Assembly: GCA_964016885.1 (NCBI GenBank)
Contig: OZ024758.1
Span: 22,258,001 to 22,322,000, forward strand
Source of the DNA: Eledone cirrhosa
Lineage: Eukaryota
Length of the DNA: 64,000 nucleotides
Reading direction: 5' to 3'
Each line of letters opens with the position of its first letter. Within the stretch, counting starts at the first letter, position 1. The notes beneath the pieces are model-generated. The model made no database searches. It was not told the origin of the DNA and was given only the letters and a program-made list of their open reading frames with translations. Positions 36,587-51,465 of this stretch are shown here, one piece after another. Made by a program: the position numbers and the translations under genes.

Positions 36587-37869
36587 ATAAATTGACTTTA
36601 GGCTGATTATAAGAAAAAAATGTCCAAAAATTTTATGAATATATAAACTAATAGAAATATGAACCTTGATAATAGTTCAATTTAAACCAGCCATATCCGG
36701 CTTTTTCCTGTCTATACTGGCTGTAACTGGTCACTCATACTGATGGTAAGGTATTGTTCTCAAAATAAATAACATCAAAATCTCATAGATTCGATATTAC
36801 ACGAGATATTTACTGTATTTCCCGGCATCGAAGGTGCTACTTTTTTCATAAAATAAGTCTCAAAAATCTACCATGCGTCCTGGAGGCCGAGGGTTGTTTA
36901 TTATTTCTTTTCTAATTTTTGGTTGTCAAAATTGTCTTCGAGGACGAGGCGTCTTTGGCACCGGGAAATACGGTATGTGAGGTAAAGCCTTTACTTTGAA
37001 AATATAATAGTAAATATAGAATAATTGTTTCTACTTTTGGCACAAGGCCAGCAATTATCCCAGTGCATAACTGGTACTTTATTTTATCAACCCCGTAAGG
37101 ATGAAAGGCAAAGTTAACCTTGGCGGGATTTGAACTCAGATCATAAAGGGCCGTAACTCTTTGCTGCAAAGCATGGCGTCCAACCCTCTACCGATACTGC
37201 CAATCCTCCGCGAGTAAATATAGAATAATGTAAATGCTAAAGAGTTGAATAAAAAAAACCCAAGCTAATAGAAATATGAACCTTGATAATAGTTCAATTT
37301 AAATTATAAACTCTAGTATATCAGAGGAAATCTAAAAACATCTGGTTATTCAAGTATAAATTAACCTACTTCTACAGTTCTCCTTTTTTCTCCACTCCCC
37401 AACTTAAAAAAAGCAACAATTTGATATTTTTGAATAAAGGTTTGACACTACTTTGAATGCAAGACTTTATCTTGATCCTTAATTTGCTAATTATATAATA
37501 AAAGCTTGATGTTTTTAGTTTATTGCTGCGACAATTCTAAGAGCTGTTTGTATGATATTTTCTAAGAGCTAGGCTTTTAATTAGGAATATTTCATGTGTT
37601 GCTTTCAGTTCTTTATAAAAACTTAACAAGCAATGTTTATATATAAATCTATGCCAATATATTACACAGTGTGTAGCAACATTTAACAATAATAAAACAT
37701 ACTTATTACTGACCCTAGATACAGTACAACCCTTACTCCACAATGATGTCTATACTCCCTACAATAAACCCATTCCCTACAAATGCTGAAATGATGAATC
37801 TTCTTATTTTTCAATGGAAGATATCAATATATTAACATTTGGTCTTAACAAAGCACAAATATAACTACA

Positions 37870-38895
37870 TCCACCCCACACTGTAAAGTGGTTGTGTAGG
37901 TGTCACAACAAAAACCGCCCACCCCACCCTGTAAAGTGGTCATATAGGTGTCACGACAAAAAGTACCCAGTACTTACTGTAAAGTGGTCATATAGGTGTC
38001 GCGACAAAAAGCGCCCACCCCACCCTGTAAAGTGGTCATATAGGTGTCACGACAAAAAGCGCCCACCCCACACTGTAAAGTGGTCATAGAGGTGTCACGA
38101 CAAAAAGCGCCCACCCCACACTGTAAAGTGGTCATATAGGTGTCACGACAAAAAGCGCCCACCCCACCCTGTAAAGTGGTCATATAGGTGTCACGACAAA
38201 AAGTACCCAGTACTTACTGTAAAGTGGTCATATAGGTGTCGCGACAAAAAGCGCCCACCCCACACTGTAAAGTGGTCATAGAGGTGTCACGACAAAAAGC
38301 GCCCAGCCCACCCTGTAAAGTGGTCATATAGGTGTCACGACAAAAAGCGCCCACCCCACACTGTAAAGTGGTCATATAGGTGTCACGACAAAAAGTACCC
38401 AGTACTTACTGTAAAGTGGTCATATAGGTGTCATGACAAAAAGTACCCAGTACTCACTGTAAAGTGGTCATATAGGTGTCACGACAAAAAAGCGCCCAGC
38501 CCACACTGTAAAGTGGTCATAGAGGTGTCACGACAAAAAGCGCCCAGCCCACACTGTAAAGTGGTCATATAGTTGTCATGACAAAAAGTACCCAGTACTC
38601 ACTGTAAAGTGGTCATATAGGTGTCACGACAAAAAGTACCCAGTACAGGTGTCATGACAAAAAGTACTCAGTACTCACTGTAAAGTGGCCGTGTAGGTGT
38701 CACGGCAAAAAGTACCCAGTACTCACTGTAAATGTGGTTAGCATTAGGATGGGCATCCAGCTGTAGAAACCAAACCCAAATCAGTTCGGTATGAGCAAGA
38801 CATTGTCACCTGACCTGGTCTATCTCACAAAAGGACAACTCGTCTAACCCATACTAGTGTGGAAAAATGGACATCAAATGGTGATGATGATGATT
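37870..38895 (+). repeat. 48-bp SINE-internal minisatellite (~18 copies) plus SINE tail
   Basis: Unit ATAGGTGTCACGACAAAAAGCGCCCACCCCACACTGTAAAGTGGTCAT. Confidence 0.92.
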
Positions 38896-40304
38896 AAGAT
38901 GTAAAAAAAAAAAGCAGCATGAATTCCTCACTTCTCTTGAATGCTTTTATGTTCAAACAATTCCATCATCTATATATCAACAACAACTTTTTCTACATAT
39001 CAACCTGTGTTTTCTGCATGACAGTAACTAAAGGAGACTCTATATGGCCACTGATCTGCTAAAAACAACAGCTAACTGTCCTTGAAATCCCACCCTATCA
39101 TTTTTTATAATAAAAGTGGAAGGATACATTTGATGATGTAGTCTTAGATATACTTGGTAAAAGACAGGATGGTTCCATCTGGAATGCTTAATATTACAGA
39201 TCTACTCAATCAGAGATGATAGGGGATGGGAGGGAGGGGGTTAAACAGCAATTTCTTAGATAATAATTGTTTCTACTTTTGGCACAAGGCCAGCAATTAA
39301 CCAGTGCATTACTGGTACTTTATTTTATCGACCCCGTAGGGATGAAAGGCAAACCCAAGAAATATATATATAGAGAGCATTGGCCTTGCAATCGAAAGGT
39401 TGTGAGTTCAATTCTCAGACCGGGTGGTGATGTTTCCTTGAGCAAGACACTTTATTTCACATTGCTCCAGTTTACTCAGCTGTAGAAATGAGATGATAGG
39501 GACTGGGGTCCATATCATTCCACTGCAAAGTGGTCGTGGAGGTGCCACGGCAAAAAAGCACCCAGCACTCACTGTAAATGAGGTTGGTGTTAGGAAGGGC
39601 ATCCAGCTGTAGAAATCAAGCCAGAATCAGTTCCCGTCCCACCCTTGCAAGCAGGGAAAAGCAGACGTAAAATGATGATGATGATGATGATGATGATTAC
39701 TCTATATTTACTATTGTATTTTTGTGGTAAAGGCTTTATCTCACATAATATTGAACTATGAGATTTTGATACAATTTATTTTGAGAACAATACCTTAACA
39801 TTGGTATGAGCGGCTGGTTACGACTGGTTTGAACAGAAAAAGGTAAGAGAATTTCGGCTGGATATGGCTGGTTCAAATGCTAAAGGGTTAACATCCATTT
39901 TCCATGCTAGCCTGGATAGAACAGGCAGTCCCTTTGTGAGAGATCAGGTCAGAGGAGCTTGATTTGCACACACGGAACTCATTTTACCTTGTTACACATA
40001 CAAATATCTTCTTTATTTACTAACAAGAAAGGCATTATAACTGGATGTGCGGTGTAACAGTCATGATGTTCCTATTGGCATTAACCCTTTAGCATTCACA
40101 TTACTCTATATATACTATAGCGGTGGATTGGCAGTATCGGTAGAGGGTCGGACACCATGCTTTGACGCAAAGAGTTACAGCCCTTTCCATTCTGAGTTCA
40201 AATCCCGCCGAGGTTAACTTTGCCTTTCATCCTTACGGGGTCGATAAAATAAAGTACCAGTAATACACTGGGTAATTGCTGGCCTTGTGTTAAAAGTAGA
40301 AACA

Positions 40305-41270
40305 ATTACTCTATATATACTATTATGTTTTCATAGTAAAGGCTTTATCTCACATAATATCTCACATAACATTCACATTACTCTATATATACTATTATAT
40401 TTTCATAGTAAAGGCTTTACCTCACATAATATCTCACATAACATTCACATTACTCTATATATACTATTATATTTTCATAGTAAAGGCTTTATCTCACATA
40501 ACATTCACATTACTCTATATATACTATTATATTTTCATAGTAAAGGCTTTACCTCACATAATATCTCACATAACATTCACATTACTCTATATATACTATT
40601 ATATTTTCATAGTAAAGGCTTTATCTCACATAACATTCACATTACTCTATATATACTATTATATTTTCATAGTAAATGCTTTACCTCACATAATATCTCA
40701 CATAACATTCACATTACTCTATATATACTATTATATTTTCATAGTAAAGGCTTTACCTCACATAATATCTCACATAACATTCACATTACTCTATATATAC
40801 TATTATATTTTCATGGTAAAGGCTTTACCTCACATAATATCTCACATAACATTCACATTACTCTATATATACTATTATATTTTCATAGTAAAGGCTTTAC
40901 CTCACATAATATCTCACATAACATTCACATTACTCTATATATACTATTATATTTTCATAGTAAAGGCTTTACCTCACATAATATCTCACATAACATTCAC
41001 ATTACTCTATATATACTATTATATTTTCATAGTAAATGCTTTACCTCACATAATATCTCACATAACATTCACATTACTCTATATATACTATTATATTTTC
41101 ATAGTAAAGGCTTTACCTCACATAATATCTCACATAACATTCACATTACTCTATATATACTATTATATTTTCATAGTAAAGGCTTTACCTCACATAATAT
41201 CTCACATAACATTCACATTACTCTATATATACTATTATATTTTCATAGTAAAGGCTTTACTTCACATAAT
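40305..41270. repeat. 60/72-bp tandem array inside a family-C MITE, ~14 copies
   Basis: Unit CATTCACATTACTCTATATATACTATTATATTTTCATAGTAAAGGCTTTACCTCACATAATATCTCACATAA; the MITE resumes and ends at ~41410. Confidence 0.92.
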
Positions 41271-41732
41271 ATCGAATCTATGAGATTATGATGTTATTTA
41301 TTTTGAGAAAAAAAACCTTAATGTGGGTATGAATGGCCAGTTACAACTGGTTTGAACAGAATGAAGTGAGAGAATTCTGGCCGGATGTGGCTGGTTTAAA
41401 TGCTGAGTTAAGAGGTTAAGTAAAGAGAAATAGCTTCAACTGAAAATCAACTTTTATTTTATGGCATCAACTTCAACATTGCTCTTAAACACAATATTTT
41501 CTCTCTGCAGAACTGCAACACACTTTTGCACTTTCCAATGTATTTTTCAGGCATTGTGTGCTCAAGTTACATTATGTAATGAATGTATCATTTTGTTTTT
41601 TCAAGATGGCAAAAGTAGCAGCCAAACTCTACACAGGAGCTCCCTTGTATGCTTGAATATTTATTATTTTCATTTGGTGAATGGTAGCTAAATTTAAGAA
41701 TATTTCAGATGTATTCTAGAAACTTAATAATT

Positions 41733-42160
<428 letters not shown>

Positions 42161-42535
42161 TATGATTCTAAATTATGTAAATGTACTAAAATTACTAAGA
42201 ACTACCATAAATATTAAAGTTTATAAGAACTACATTGAAATACTCATATGTAAATTAATATAATTGTTTCTACAAGGCCAGCAATTATCCCAGTGTATTA
42301 CTGGTACTTTATTTTATCGACCCCGTAAGGATGAAAGGCAAAGTTAACCTCGGCGGGATTTGAACTCAGATCATAAAGGGCCGTAACTCTATGCTGCAAA
42401 GCATGGCGTCCAACCCTCTACCGATACTGCCAAGCCACCGCATGTTTATCATTTAGATTTCAAGAAGTTAATTAGGCATATATTAATATAAGAAGGTTGT
42501 GTTAAGTAGGAGTTATTTTAACAAGAGCACTAAAA

Positions 42536-42935
42536 GGTGGTGGTGGTGTGGGGGTGGTGATGTGGTGGGGGTGGTGTGTTGGTGGTGGTGTGGTGGTGTG
42601 TTGGTGGTGGTGTGGTGGTGGTGTGGAGGTGGTGTGGTGGTATGGTGGTGGTGGTGGTATGGTGGTGGTGGTGTGGTGGTGGTGGTGTGGTGGTGGTGGT
42701 GTGGTGGTGGTGGTGATGTGGGGGTGGTGATGTGGGGGTGGTATGGTGGTGGTGGTGGTGTGGGTGGTGGAGGCGGTAAGGTGGTGGTGGTAAGGTGGTG
42801 GAGGTGGTATGGGTGGAGGTGGCGGTATGGTGGTGGTGGTATGGTGGTGGTGGTATGGTGGTGGTGGTATGGTGGTGGTGGTATGGTGGTGGTGGTGTGG
42901 GTGGTGGCAGCTGCAGTGGTGGTAGTGGTGGGATA
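42536..42935. repeat. (GGT)n-like G-rich microsatellite
   Basis: Direct reading. Confidence 0.95.
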
Positions 42936-43094
42936 GTAACTAGTGATATTAGTAGAAAAGTCTTACATCATATCCTACTTTTGTAGTAACTGAGTGATGC
43001 AGATAATGGTTTATAAACAGAGAGACTGAATGAAACAAACCAAATGACTCAGTCTGTTACTGAACCAACTCCATTTTACACACATACACTCTCT

Positions 43095-43135
<41 letters not shown>

Positions 43136-43776
43136 TCCCTCTCTCTCTCACACACACACACACTCTCTCACATACACAGTCACATACACACACTCTCCCT
43201 CTCTCTCTCACACACACACACTCACACGTGCATGCATGCTAGTCATACAGCATATGATCCTTTCCAGTCAGTAGAGATGCCCAACTTTGATTCCTCATAA
43301 CTGATATACAAACAGTATCATATGTTTACCCCATATTTACTCCATGATAACAATCTATTTGTAATCAATATATAAACACAAATTTTGAAATGCTCTTTCA
43401 AAAAGTTTCAGATTTTAGATATGAAGTTATCATTAGTTAAACCTACATTGTTTCATAGATCTATATCAGAATTTTAACACTGCATTATTTCCTTATAGTT
43501 TCTGATATTTAGCTCATCAGTCTTATCTTTATCAGTGTAGTTAATAATGGTGATGACATGCCTGTTACCTATCATAAGACTTTCTGGCATAATTTGATTA
43601 TTTCAATGAGAGCAACTACTGTATCTTCACTTTTTCTCAACTACTACTGGACATGCCAGTCTTTCACATATGTCAGCTCTATGAGATAAGGTGTCTTTTA
43701 ATAAAACTTAGAAATTTATTTGATTTTCTTTTAACAACTAAATTCTTCCTCCAAACAATTTTTGTTTCATTTAATG

Positions 43777-44629
43777 CAGAGGTTCTCAAAGTGGGCGCTA
43801 CCTCCCCACTCCCCAGGGGGGGGGGGGCTGTGGCCTAAGGGGGTGCTGTGGCAGTAAGTACAGATGATATAATAGTATATTAAATATCAAATGATACATA
43901 TATATAAATATAGTAAAACAAAAAATATATACTTATTTATACATAGTATCATCATCATCATCATCATCATCATCATTTTACCTCCGCTTTTCCCTGCTTG
44001 CAAGGGTGGAATGGGAACTGATTCTGGCTTGATTTCTACAGCTGGATGCCCTTCCTAACACCAACCTCATTTACAGTGAGTGCTGGGTGCTTTTTTGCCT
44101 TAGCACCTCCACGTCCACTTTACAGTGGAATGATAGGGACCCCAGTCCCTATCATCTCATTTCTACAGCTGAGTAAACTGGAGCAATATGAAATAAAGTG
44201 TCTTGCTCAAGGAAACAACATCACCCAGTCCAAGAATTGAACTCGCAACCTTTCGATTGCAAGGCCAATGCTCTAACCACTAAGCCATGTGTATATATTG
44301 TGAACTGGCAGTATCTGTAGAGGGTTGGACGCCATGCTTTATAGCATAGTTACATCCCTTTACAGTCCGAGTTCAAATCCCGCCGAGGTTAACTTTGCCT
44401 TTCATCCTTACGGGGTTGATAAAATAAAGTACCAGTAATGCACTGGGTAATTGCTGGCCTTGTGCCAAAAAGTAGAAACAATTATTTATTATATATAAAT
44501 TAACGATTTTATTTATTTAATATTATTTACAATTTGCATGCAGGCAGGTTTCTCTAGAAATAGGGTTGGGGTGAGGGTATTATGTGGCTGTGAGAGGGGG
44601 TGGTGGCCCCCAAATTTTGTGAACCTCTG
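43777..44629. mobile_element. Non-autonomous hAT (Charlie-like) element with two nested SINEs
   Basis: TIRs CAGAGGTTCTCAAA / TTTGTGAACCTCTG; perfect 8-bp TSD ATTTAATG at 43769-43776 and 44630-44637. Confidence 0.88.
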
Positions 44630-45669
44630 ATTTAATGTCATACCAAAATTAGGGTAGTGATGACTACCTGGAAAACGTAGGTTTGAAATCTGTGCATTTT
44701 TGGAGAATCACAAAGGGTTCTGCAACAAAATAAGTTTAGGAACCATTGGTCTATGCCTCTTTGGGCTTACTAATGCTCTTTCATCATCATCATCACCACC
44801 GTTTCATTTCTCCTATCATGTCCTCTAACAATTCATACTTTCATTTCTCCAGCATTATGGCTACAGACTTAAACATTCCTCTGTGGAACAAGATAAAAGA
44901 AATAATTTTAATTGTTTAAAAAAAAATGTTTTAAACTGTCCTACGTGCTTCTATGTTAGTGAAGTTTCTAGAAATAGCATATTTACATTGAATCCTATGA
45001 AAGAGCAAATACCTTCTGTATATAAAAAAAAAGACTTAAGCTATTTGTTTAATGTGTTTGTGTACGTCAATGTGTATCAGGGGTTATAATGTATGTAGTG
45101 AACTCAACTAGTCGGAAATAACATATGCAGTTTATTTGAATATACATACATGCACATCTAGTCAGTAAATAGTTGTAGAAGTGAAAAACTGACCAGTTGT
45201 ATTATAGGTGTTATTTGCCAACTGTGTTGTTTTACAGATAAAGCTAAAGTATTGGAAAACGAAATTACTTAAGCTTAGATGAGAGTACACTATCATTACA
45301 TTAGCTCATCTGTCATGTCTTCTTTTCATTGATATCACATGCTGTTTTCCCACTCAGCACTCACTGTTCATTCATGCCTCAAGTTCCTATGAGAAGAGTT
45401 GTACTTCCCACACCATGTGATGCCTTCAGTTACTTTCTCAGCTCACTTAACTTCTGCATTCCATCCAAGTTAACATTACACATCCAATAGATCATACTGG
45501 CCTCTGAGTCACTTTCTCAGCTCTCTTAAGTTCTGCATTCCATACAAGTTAACAATACATATCTGGTTTTTTTTCCACCAAGGCTCTACAAATATTCAAT
45601 GCCCATCTCTTACTACTATGCAGCATGATACTTCATAAGGTCTATTTTGGCATTGACACAGAGAAAGAC

Positions 45670-46080
45670 AGAAATCCTTCATGGCAAACAGACACCTGAA
45701 ATTCTTCCATCACTGAAATCCTTCATTGTAAACAAACCTTCTGAAATTCTCCAACCCCTAAAATCCTTCATTGCAAATAGAGACCTCCTGAAATTCCTCA
45801 ACCACTAAAAAATATGTCATTGTAAACAGAGACTTCCTGAAATCCTTCATTGTAAACAGGGACCACCTGAAATTCTTCAACCACTAAAATCCTTCATGTC
45901 AAACAGACCTGAAATTCTTCAACCACTAAAATCTTTCATTGTAAACAGACCTCCTGAAATCCTTCATTGTAAACAGGGACCACCTGAAATTCTTCATGTC
46001 AAACAGACCTGAATTCTTCAACCACTAAAATCCTTCATTGTAAACAGTGACCTCCTGAAATTCTTCCTACACTAAAACCA
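45670..46080. repeat. Degenerate ~45-bp minisatellite
   Basis: Recurrent CCTGAAATTCTTCAACCACTAAAATCCTTCATTGTAAACAG. Confidence 0.8.
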
Positions 46081-46486
46081 TTTCCTGTACTAATTATATT
46101 TTATAAGTAATAGGAAATGTCAGCTATCTGACTAGTGAGCAGTCAGAACAATTAATGATTTTTTCCCTAGGTGCTCTTACTACTAAATAACATTTTACAC
46201 TTCTAAAGTCTTGGTTCTCTGTCAGTATGCCAGAAATATCACTGCAATATGTTTGATTAAGCATATTCTAAATTTATAATTAAAAGTAAACTAAAATTTT
46301 GTATTAGATAACAAATTGCATGTGTATGTGAACTAACACACACAAGTACTCAGTAATTTTGTTTTTGAAAATATCTTAAGAATTCTTTAAAGAAGAGCAT
46401 TAAATCTTTCGATACCAAACTGTCTAAAACCACCGCTGGTTCTACATTACAAAACTGTTTGTTTTAAAGCATTTGTCATCATCATC

Positions 46487-46910
46487 ATCATCATCATCAT
46501 CGTTTAACGTCCACTTTCCATGCTAGCATGAGTTAGATGGATTGTCCCATTTGAAGTAAGTTGGGTCAGCTAACCGTGTCTTGCTCAAATAGAACTGTTT
46601 CTGGCTAGATTTCTACAGCTGGATGCCCTTCCTAGTGTCAACCACATTTATGGTGTGTACTGGGTGCTTTTTGTTGTGACTCCTAAATGACCACTTTACA
46701 GTGTGTACTGGGTGCTTTTTGTTGCGACTCCTAAATGACCACTTTACAGTGTGTACTGGGTGCTTTTTGTCATGACTCCTAAATAACCACTTTACAGTGA
46801 GTACTGGGTGCTTTTTGTCATGACTCCTAAATGACCACTTTACAGTGTGTACTGGGTGCTTTTTGTCATGATTCCTAAATGACCACTTTACAGTGTGGGC
46901 TGGGTGCTAT
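46487..46910 (-). repeat. SINE tail with 48-bp minisatellite (~5 copies), nested in an old TTAA MITE (~46400-47093)
   Basis: Unit GTGTGTACTGGGTGCTTTTTGTCATGACTCCTAAATGACCACTTTACA. Confidence 0.85.
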
Positions 46911-47490
46911 TTATCTAAAAATATTCCATCATAATTTCATGTAAGAACCTTTGTTAAGTTATGTTCTGTTTTAAGCAAACACCAGCTTAATAATGAGAAA
47001 TTTTATTATTTTACAAATTCTTGGTAATTTTCAAAATTATTTCAAAATCATGGGCAACATCTTTCATTAGAAATATATTAACGTAAAGATTAACATATTG
47101 ATTCATTAATGGAGTTTCAGAAAATTAAGATTATACAATTGAAAAGATTTTGCTTAGATAAGATAAAAAAAAAAAAAAAAAAAAAAAGAAACTGTTTCAA
47201 GCAATAGGGCTGGGGTGGAATAATCCCAAGCAGTTAGGAAGCAGAGATAGAGGTAGGTTTAAAGATGATATAAATATACCATCTTTTTTCTTTTTCAAAA
47301 GAAACAGACGCTACAGGAATGCTGACTGAAGATAAGGTTAGCAGTGGCAAACAAAAACCTAATTCAGTACAACATTTTAAGAAAAAGTAAAAGGGTGTTA
47401 CCCTTTAGGGAAAAAAGATAAGCTAAATAAGTCATACTAATAATAAAAAAAATATCACCACTATTATAAAACGTTTGGTGATGTGTGTGT

Positions 47491-47597
<107 letters not shown>

Positions 47598-47601
47598 TGT
47601 G

Positions 47602-47635
<34 letters not shown>

Positions 47636-49087
47636 ATTCCAGGTTCAATCGAGGGTAACCACAGTAAGTAAGGTACTCAATACATAGCAGAGTATAAATG
47701 TTTAATATAGAAATGGCTTCTACAAGGCTAGAACTGTTACATTCAAAGGAAATCATCAGCAAAGCCGACTGTCATTCGGCTTTCCTGATGATTTCCATTT
47801 CCTTCGAATGAAATAGTTCTAATCCTGTAGAAGCCATTTCTATATTAAACCAATCTTGCCTCAAGTGGGACAATTCCCGTCTAACCCATGCTAGCATGGA
47901 AGATAGACGTTAAACGATGATGGAAAGAGAGAGAGAGAGAGCGAGAAAGAGAGAGAGGGGGGGGGGGTCTGTAGATGTATGTTGACTATTTCTTTAAAGG
48001 AGAAGGAAAAAAAAAAAAATGGTTTCATAAACATTTTAAAAATAAATTACATTGCAGTAAATTATGGTGTCAGAGCTTCTGTAATTTGTAACAGGCAATA
48101 AATTATATTTTCAACTAACATTTTAACTATTTGGAATTGAAGAGGTCCAGGATCAAGTAAAAGCATGTAGCCTAGTGCTTAGGGTGTTGGTAAGGTTATA
48201 AGTTCCATCCCCAGACTAGGCTGTGTGCTGCATTCTTAACCCTTTAGCATTTAAACTAGCCATATCCAGCCAGAATTCTCTCACTTCTTTCTGTTCAAAC
48301 CGGCTGTATCCAGCCAGAACTCTCTCACCTGTTCAAACTGGCTGCTCATGCTTATGTTAAGGTATTGTTCTCAAAATAAGTAATAACATCAAAATCTCAT
48401 AGATTCGATATTATGTGAGATAATTATCTAAGATAAAGCCTTTACTGTGAAAATACAAAAGTAAATATAGAATAATGTAAATACTAAAGAGTTAAGCAAA
48501 GCTCTTCATTTAATGTTGCTCCAGTCATCTTAGTTGAACATGTGTACTGAGGTTAACTTTGTATCAGTCTTATACTCCATATAAGAGAGACAATTTTGTA
48601 CTCTTAGTCACTTAATGCCTTATGAAACCAAGATAAGCACCAGCTTGATAAGGTGCTAGGCTCAATAAAGACTAATCTTTTAGTATCAAAATAGTTTCAA
48701 TATCACATAATGTAGAATTATTACTTTAGCTACCACCTCATAAGTTATGCACAATATTGACAAGTATAAAGAATACTAGAAGAGAGAGAGAGAGAGAAAG
48801 GGGGAGATGAGAGAAGAGGAGGGAGAGACGAGAGAGAGAGGGGAGAGAGAGAGAGGAAGAGAGAGATAGAGATGGCTTAATGAAAAGCATCAACATCAAA
48901 CCATATTAAAACATTATGGCTAATACAGGAGCATGTTTTGAAACCTAAGGTAGTAATCAACTGTGTCGAGCAGACAATAATATTTCAGCTCTGTGGATAT
49001 CATAGAGCACTCTTTTTCCTTCATCCTTTCTACAGAAACACTTGACACTACACACACATATACATGTACACACTCATGTGCATGTGT

Positions 49088-49120
<33 letters not shown>

Positions 49121-49132
49121 TATATATATATA

Positions 49133-49184
<52 letters not shown>

Positions 49185-50519
49185 AAATTTTCGCTCGACA
49201 TGGCTGAATACAATAAATGTAATCTGAGTTTTTTGAATATTAATAATAATATTCGATTCATTTGCAATTATGCAAACAAGCCTCAATTTTAAAGCCATGT
49301 CAGTAGAATGAGCCCCTCATTCTTGCTCTTGTGTTAGCATGTAAACATATATATATATATATGTGACCGTGTAGGTAACACAGTAAAACGTTCCCAGTTC
49401 CACACTGTAAATGTGGTTGGTGTTAGGAAGGGCATCCAGACATAGAAAACCTGCCAGATAGTCCTATATGAGCGAGACACGGTCACCCGACCAACCATGC
49501 CTCAAGTGAGACAACTCCCGTCTAACCCATGCTAGCGTGGAAGATGGATGTTAAACAAAGATGATGATGATAATGATGATGATGATGATATATGGAAGAT
49601 AGATGTTAAACGATGATGATATATATATATATATATATAATTGTTTCTACTTTTGGCACAAGGCCAGCAATTATCCCAGTGTATTACTGGTACTTTATTT
49701 TATCGACCCCTTAAGGATGAAAGGCAAAGTTAACCTCGGCGGGTTTTGAACTCAGTCCGTAAAGGGACGTAACTGTGCTGCAAAGCATGGCACCCGACCC
49801 TCTACCGATACTGCCAATCCACCGCCCTATATATATATATATATGTATATATAATACTTTAGTTCCTGTATAACATTACCACTTTTCAAATATATACAAA
49901 ATCTATCCTAAAAGGAAGTAACTAGTTCTTCTAGCTAAGTACTTACAGATAGTGACAATATTGAAATATCTACTAACATGTTGGTATTGGTGAGATAGAG
50001 AAGAGAAGGGGATTGGATAAGAAATGTTATACAGTGTCTATGTTGATTCTCATAAATCATTGATTTATAGGAATTTTACTGAAGAGAAGACTATTCTCAT
50101 TCATAAGGGGTAAGTCAAGTCAAGAAGAATCCATTTCTTAGCAAGCAACTCCCACAGAAGTAGATCTCAGCACTGCAAACTAACAAAACAATTGTCTTTT
50201 TTTCTAGGGTCCCTATTTATAGATAAGTGGACTGGGTGAGAATAGAAGTGTTTAGATTGCATACATTAGAAGGGAAGTGTTTAGGCCACATACAGAGTAC
50301 CATAATGGTAACATGATATGAAATACTAATACATCAGATTGCAGTCTGACTCTATTACCATTTGGCCACCTGGAACTGTGGAGAAAATTATGATATCTAT
50401 GAGCATGACATGGTCACCTGACCTAGCATTGCTCACAACAGGACAATTCATCTAACCCATGCCAGTGTGAAAAAATGGACGTAAAATGATGACCATGACT
50501 ATCTAAAATGGCATTGTAT

Positions 50520-51200
50520 TCATCATCACCGTTTTAAGTCCATTCTTCCACGCTAGCATGGGTTAGACGGGTTGTCCTGTTGTGGTGGGTTGTCATACAG
50601 GAACTGATTTTGGCTCGATTTCTACAGCTGCATGCCCTTCCTAATGCCAACCTCATTTACAGTGTGTACTGGGTGCTTTTTTACCGTGGTGCCTACATGA
50701 CCACTTTACAGTGTGTACTGGGTGCTTTTTTACCATGGTGCCTACATGACCACTTTACAGTGTGTACTGGGTGCTTTTTACCATGGTGCCTACATGACCA
50801 CTTTACAGTGAGTACTGGGTGCTTTTTTACCATGGTGCCTACATGACCACTTTACAGTGTGTACTGGGTGCTTTATTACCATGGTGCCTACATGACCACT
50901 TTACAGTGAGTACTGGGTGCTTTTTACCATGGTGCCTACACGACCACTTTACAGTGAGTACTGGGTGCTTTTTTACCATGGTGCCTACACGACCACTTTA
51001 CAGTGAGTACTGGGTGCTTTTTTACCATGGTGCCTACATGACCACTTTACAGTGTGTACTGGGTGCTTTTTTACCGTGGTGCCTACATGATCACTTTACA
51101 GTGAGTACTGGGTGCTTTTTTGTCGTGACATCTCCACAACCACTTTGCAGTGGGAGGGGCTGGGGGCATATTGTCTATATGCTTCAGCATCGGCTTGTAT
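50520..51200 (-). repeat. SINE with 47-49-bp internal minisatellite (~10 copies)
   Basis: Unit CAGTGTGTACTGGGTGCTTTTTTACCATGGTGCCTACATGACCACTTTA. Confidence 0.9.
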
Positions 51201-51306
51201 GATAATTGGATATGTGTTGAAATCATATATTGAAATAATATTTTTAAAAAAATGGTTTCAGACACTTCACTGTGTTGCAATTTACCACGAACATAATTCA
51301 AAACAG

Positions 51307-51465
51307 CAGGGTTTTGCAAAATTTTTCAAATGCAGAACTCCTTTTGGTTCAGAAACTTTTGGGAGAACCCCCAAGTCTAATATGGTCATAATATAAATAT
51401 ACTCCTCTACCTTTTTTCATAGAACCCCAGGCACTCCTTTGCAGAATCCACTTTGGGAACCACTG
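51307..51465. mobile_element. Decayed hAT-like MITE
   Basis: CAGGGTTTTGCAAA...TTTGGGAACCACTG termini; TSD not clear. Confidence 0.5.

Noticed and set aside
40287-41291. 334-aa His/Tyr-rich ORF
   Set aside because: Translation of the MITE-derived 60/72-bp array
49943-49980. ATG-initiated hydrophobic mini-exon (MLVDISILSLS|gtaagt) as the signal-peptide exon
   Set aside because: Only 11 codons and ends in phase 0, whereas phase 1 is required
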